From Pristiophorus japonicus (lineage: Eukaryota): a stretch of 64,000 nucleotides of DNA. The notes beneath the pieces are model-generated. The model had not been told where the DNA came from. It made no database searches and was given only the letters and a program-made list of their open reading frames with translations. Positions 62,640 through 64,000 of the stretch are shown here, in pieces (position 1 is the first letter of the stretch; each line of letters opens with the position of its first letter). Location: the NCBI RefSeq assembly GCF_044704955.1, contig NC_091977.1, positions 429,784,001-429,848,000 of the forward strand, given 5' to 3'. A program made the position numbers and the translations under genes.

Positions 62640-64000
62640 CCTATTCAGTCCATTGTGTCTGAGCCGGCCGAAAAAGAGCTATCCAGCCTAATCACACTTT
62701 CCAGCTCTTGGTCCTGTAGCGAGTTGGTCTTACCGCAGGAGAAGGGTCCACAGCCAGATAGGGAATGGAAGACCAGCAGGAGGAGTAGTGCAAGGAAGGT
62801 AGTGCAGGGGTCCCCTGTGGTCATCCCCCTGCAAAACAGATACACCGCTTTGAGTACTGTTGGGGGGGATGACTCATCAGGGGAGGGCAGCAGCAGCCAA
62901 GTTCATGGCACCGTGGCTGGCTCTGTTGCACAGAAGGGCAGGAAAAAGAGTGGGAGAGCGATAGTGATAGGGGATTCAATGGTGAGGGGAATAGCGGCCA
63001 CAACCGAGACTCCAGGATGGTATGTTGCCTCCCTGGTGCAAGGGTCAAGGATGTCTCGGAGCGGGTGCAGGACATTCTGAAAAGGGAGGGAGAACATCCA
63101 GTTGTTGTGGTGCACATTGGTACCAACGACATAGGTAAAAAAAGGGATGAGGTCCTGCGAAACGAATTTAAGGAGCTAGGAGCTAAATTAAAAAGTAGGA
63201 CCTCAAAAGTAGTAATCTCGGGATTGCTAGCAGTGCCACGTGCTAGTCAGAGTAGGAATCGCAGGATAGCGCAGATGAATACGTGGCTTGAGCAGTGGTG
63301 CAGCAGGGAGAGATTCAAATTCCTGGGGCATTGGAACCGGTTCTGGGGGAGGTGGGACCAGTACAAACCGGATGGTCTGCACCTGGGCAGGACTGGAACC
63401 TATGTCCTAGGGGGAGTGTTTGCCAATGCTGTTGGGGAGGAGTTAAACTAATATGGCAGGGGGATGGGAACCAATACAGGGAGACAGAGGGAGACAAAAA
63501 GGAGGCAAAACAAAAGACAGAAAGGAGATGAGGAAAAGTGGAGGGCAGAGAAACCCAAGGCAAAGAACAAAAAGGGCCACTGTACAGCAAAATTTTAAAA
63601 GGACAAAGGGTGTTAAAAAAACAAGCCTGAAGGCTTTGTGTCTTAATGCAAGGCGTATCCGCAATAAGGTGGATGAATTAACTGTGCAAATAGATGTGAA
63701 CAAATATGATGTGATTGGGATTACGGAGACATGGCTCCAGGATGATCAGGGCTGGGAATTCAACATCCAGGGGTATTCAACATTCAGGAAGGATAGAATA
63801 AAAGGAAAAGGAGGTGGGGTAGCATTGCTGGTTAAAGAGGAGATTAATGCAATAGTTAGGAAGGACATTAGCTTGGATGATGTGGAATCTATATGGGTAG
63901 AGCTGCAGAACATCAAAGGGCAAAAAACGTCAGTGGGAGTTGTGTACAGACCTCCAAACAGTAGTAGTGATGTTGGGGAGGGTATCAAACAGGAAATTAG
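62640..64000 (+). mobile_element. CR1 LINE 5' portion (ORF1 SGNH esterase and start of ORF2 endonuclease), continues beyond the window
   Basis: IVIGDS, CLPGARVKDV, HIGTND, DGLHL; then LCLNAR..IGITETWL..KGGGVALLVK..VYRPPNS open to the window end. Confidence 0.93.

Noticed and set aside
63017-63451. Host GDSL/SGNH lipase gene
   Set aside because: It is the known esterase domain of CR1 ORF1, directly followed by the ORF2 endonuclease.

Overview
Eukaryotic, repeat-saturated DNA, most likely intronic or intergenic sequence from a cartilaginous fish. This is inferred from a SacSINE1/Deu-type SINE, CR1 LINEs with an SGNH-esterase ORF1, and Penelope-type palindromes. No prokaryotic features or CRISPR arrays are present. 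Most of the window is nested, decayed transposable elements: at least six PIF/Harbinger remnants (DDE transposase and/or a convergent, spliced three-exon Myb/SANT partner gene), many Harbinger-type MITEs, two near full-length Gypsy (Mag-like) LTR elements, one gag-protease-only LTR derivative, a 691-bp solo LTR, about ten CR1 copies, three RTE fragments plus a bipartite RTE derivative, a Penelope GIY-YIG fragment, a tRNA-headed single-ORF LINE and a Deu-domain SINE. There is one clear processed pseudogene (RPS28) and a few unidentified minus-strand exon candidates. No intact, clearly novel system is demonstrable from sequence alone. The best leads are the conserved Harbinger partner-gene architecture with an LRRSxR tail shared with the Gypsy integrases, CTCF-like motifs in three LTR families, the tRNA-headed LINE, and the gag-protease-only LTR element. 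Coordinates were read by eye and the ends of decayed elements are approximate.
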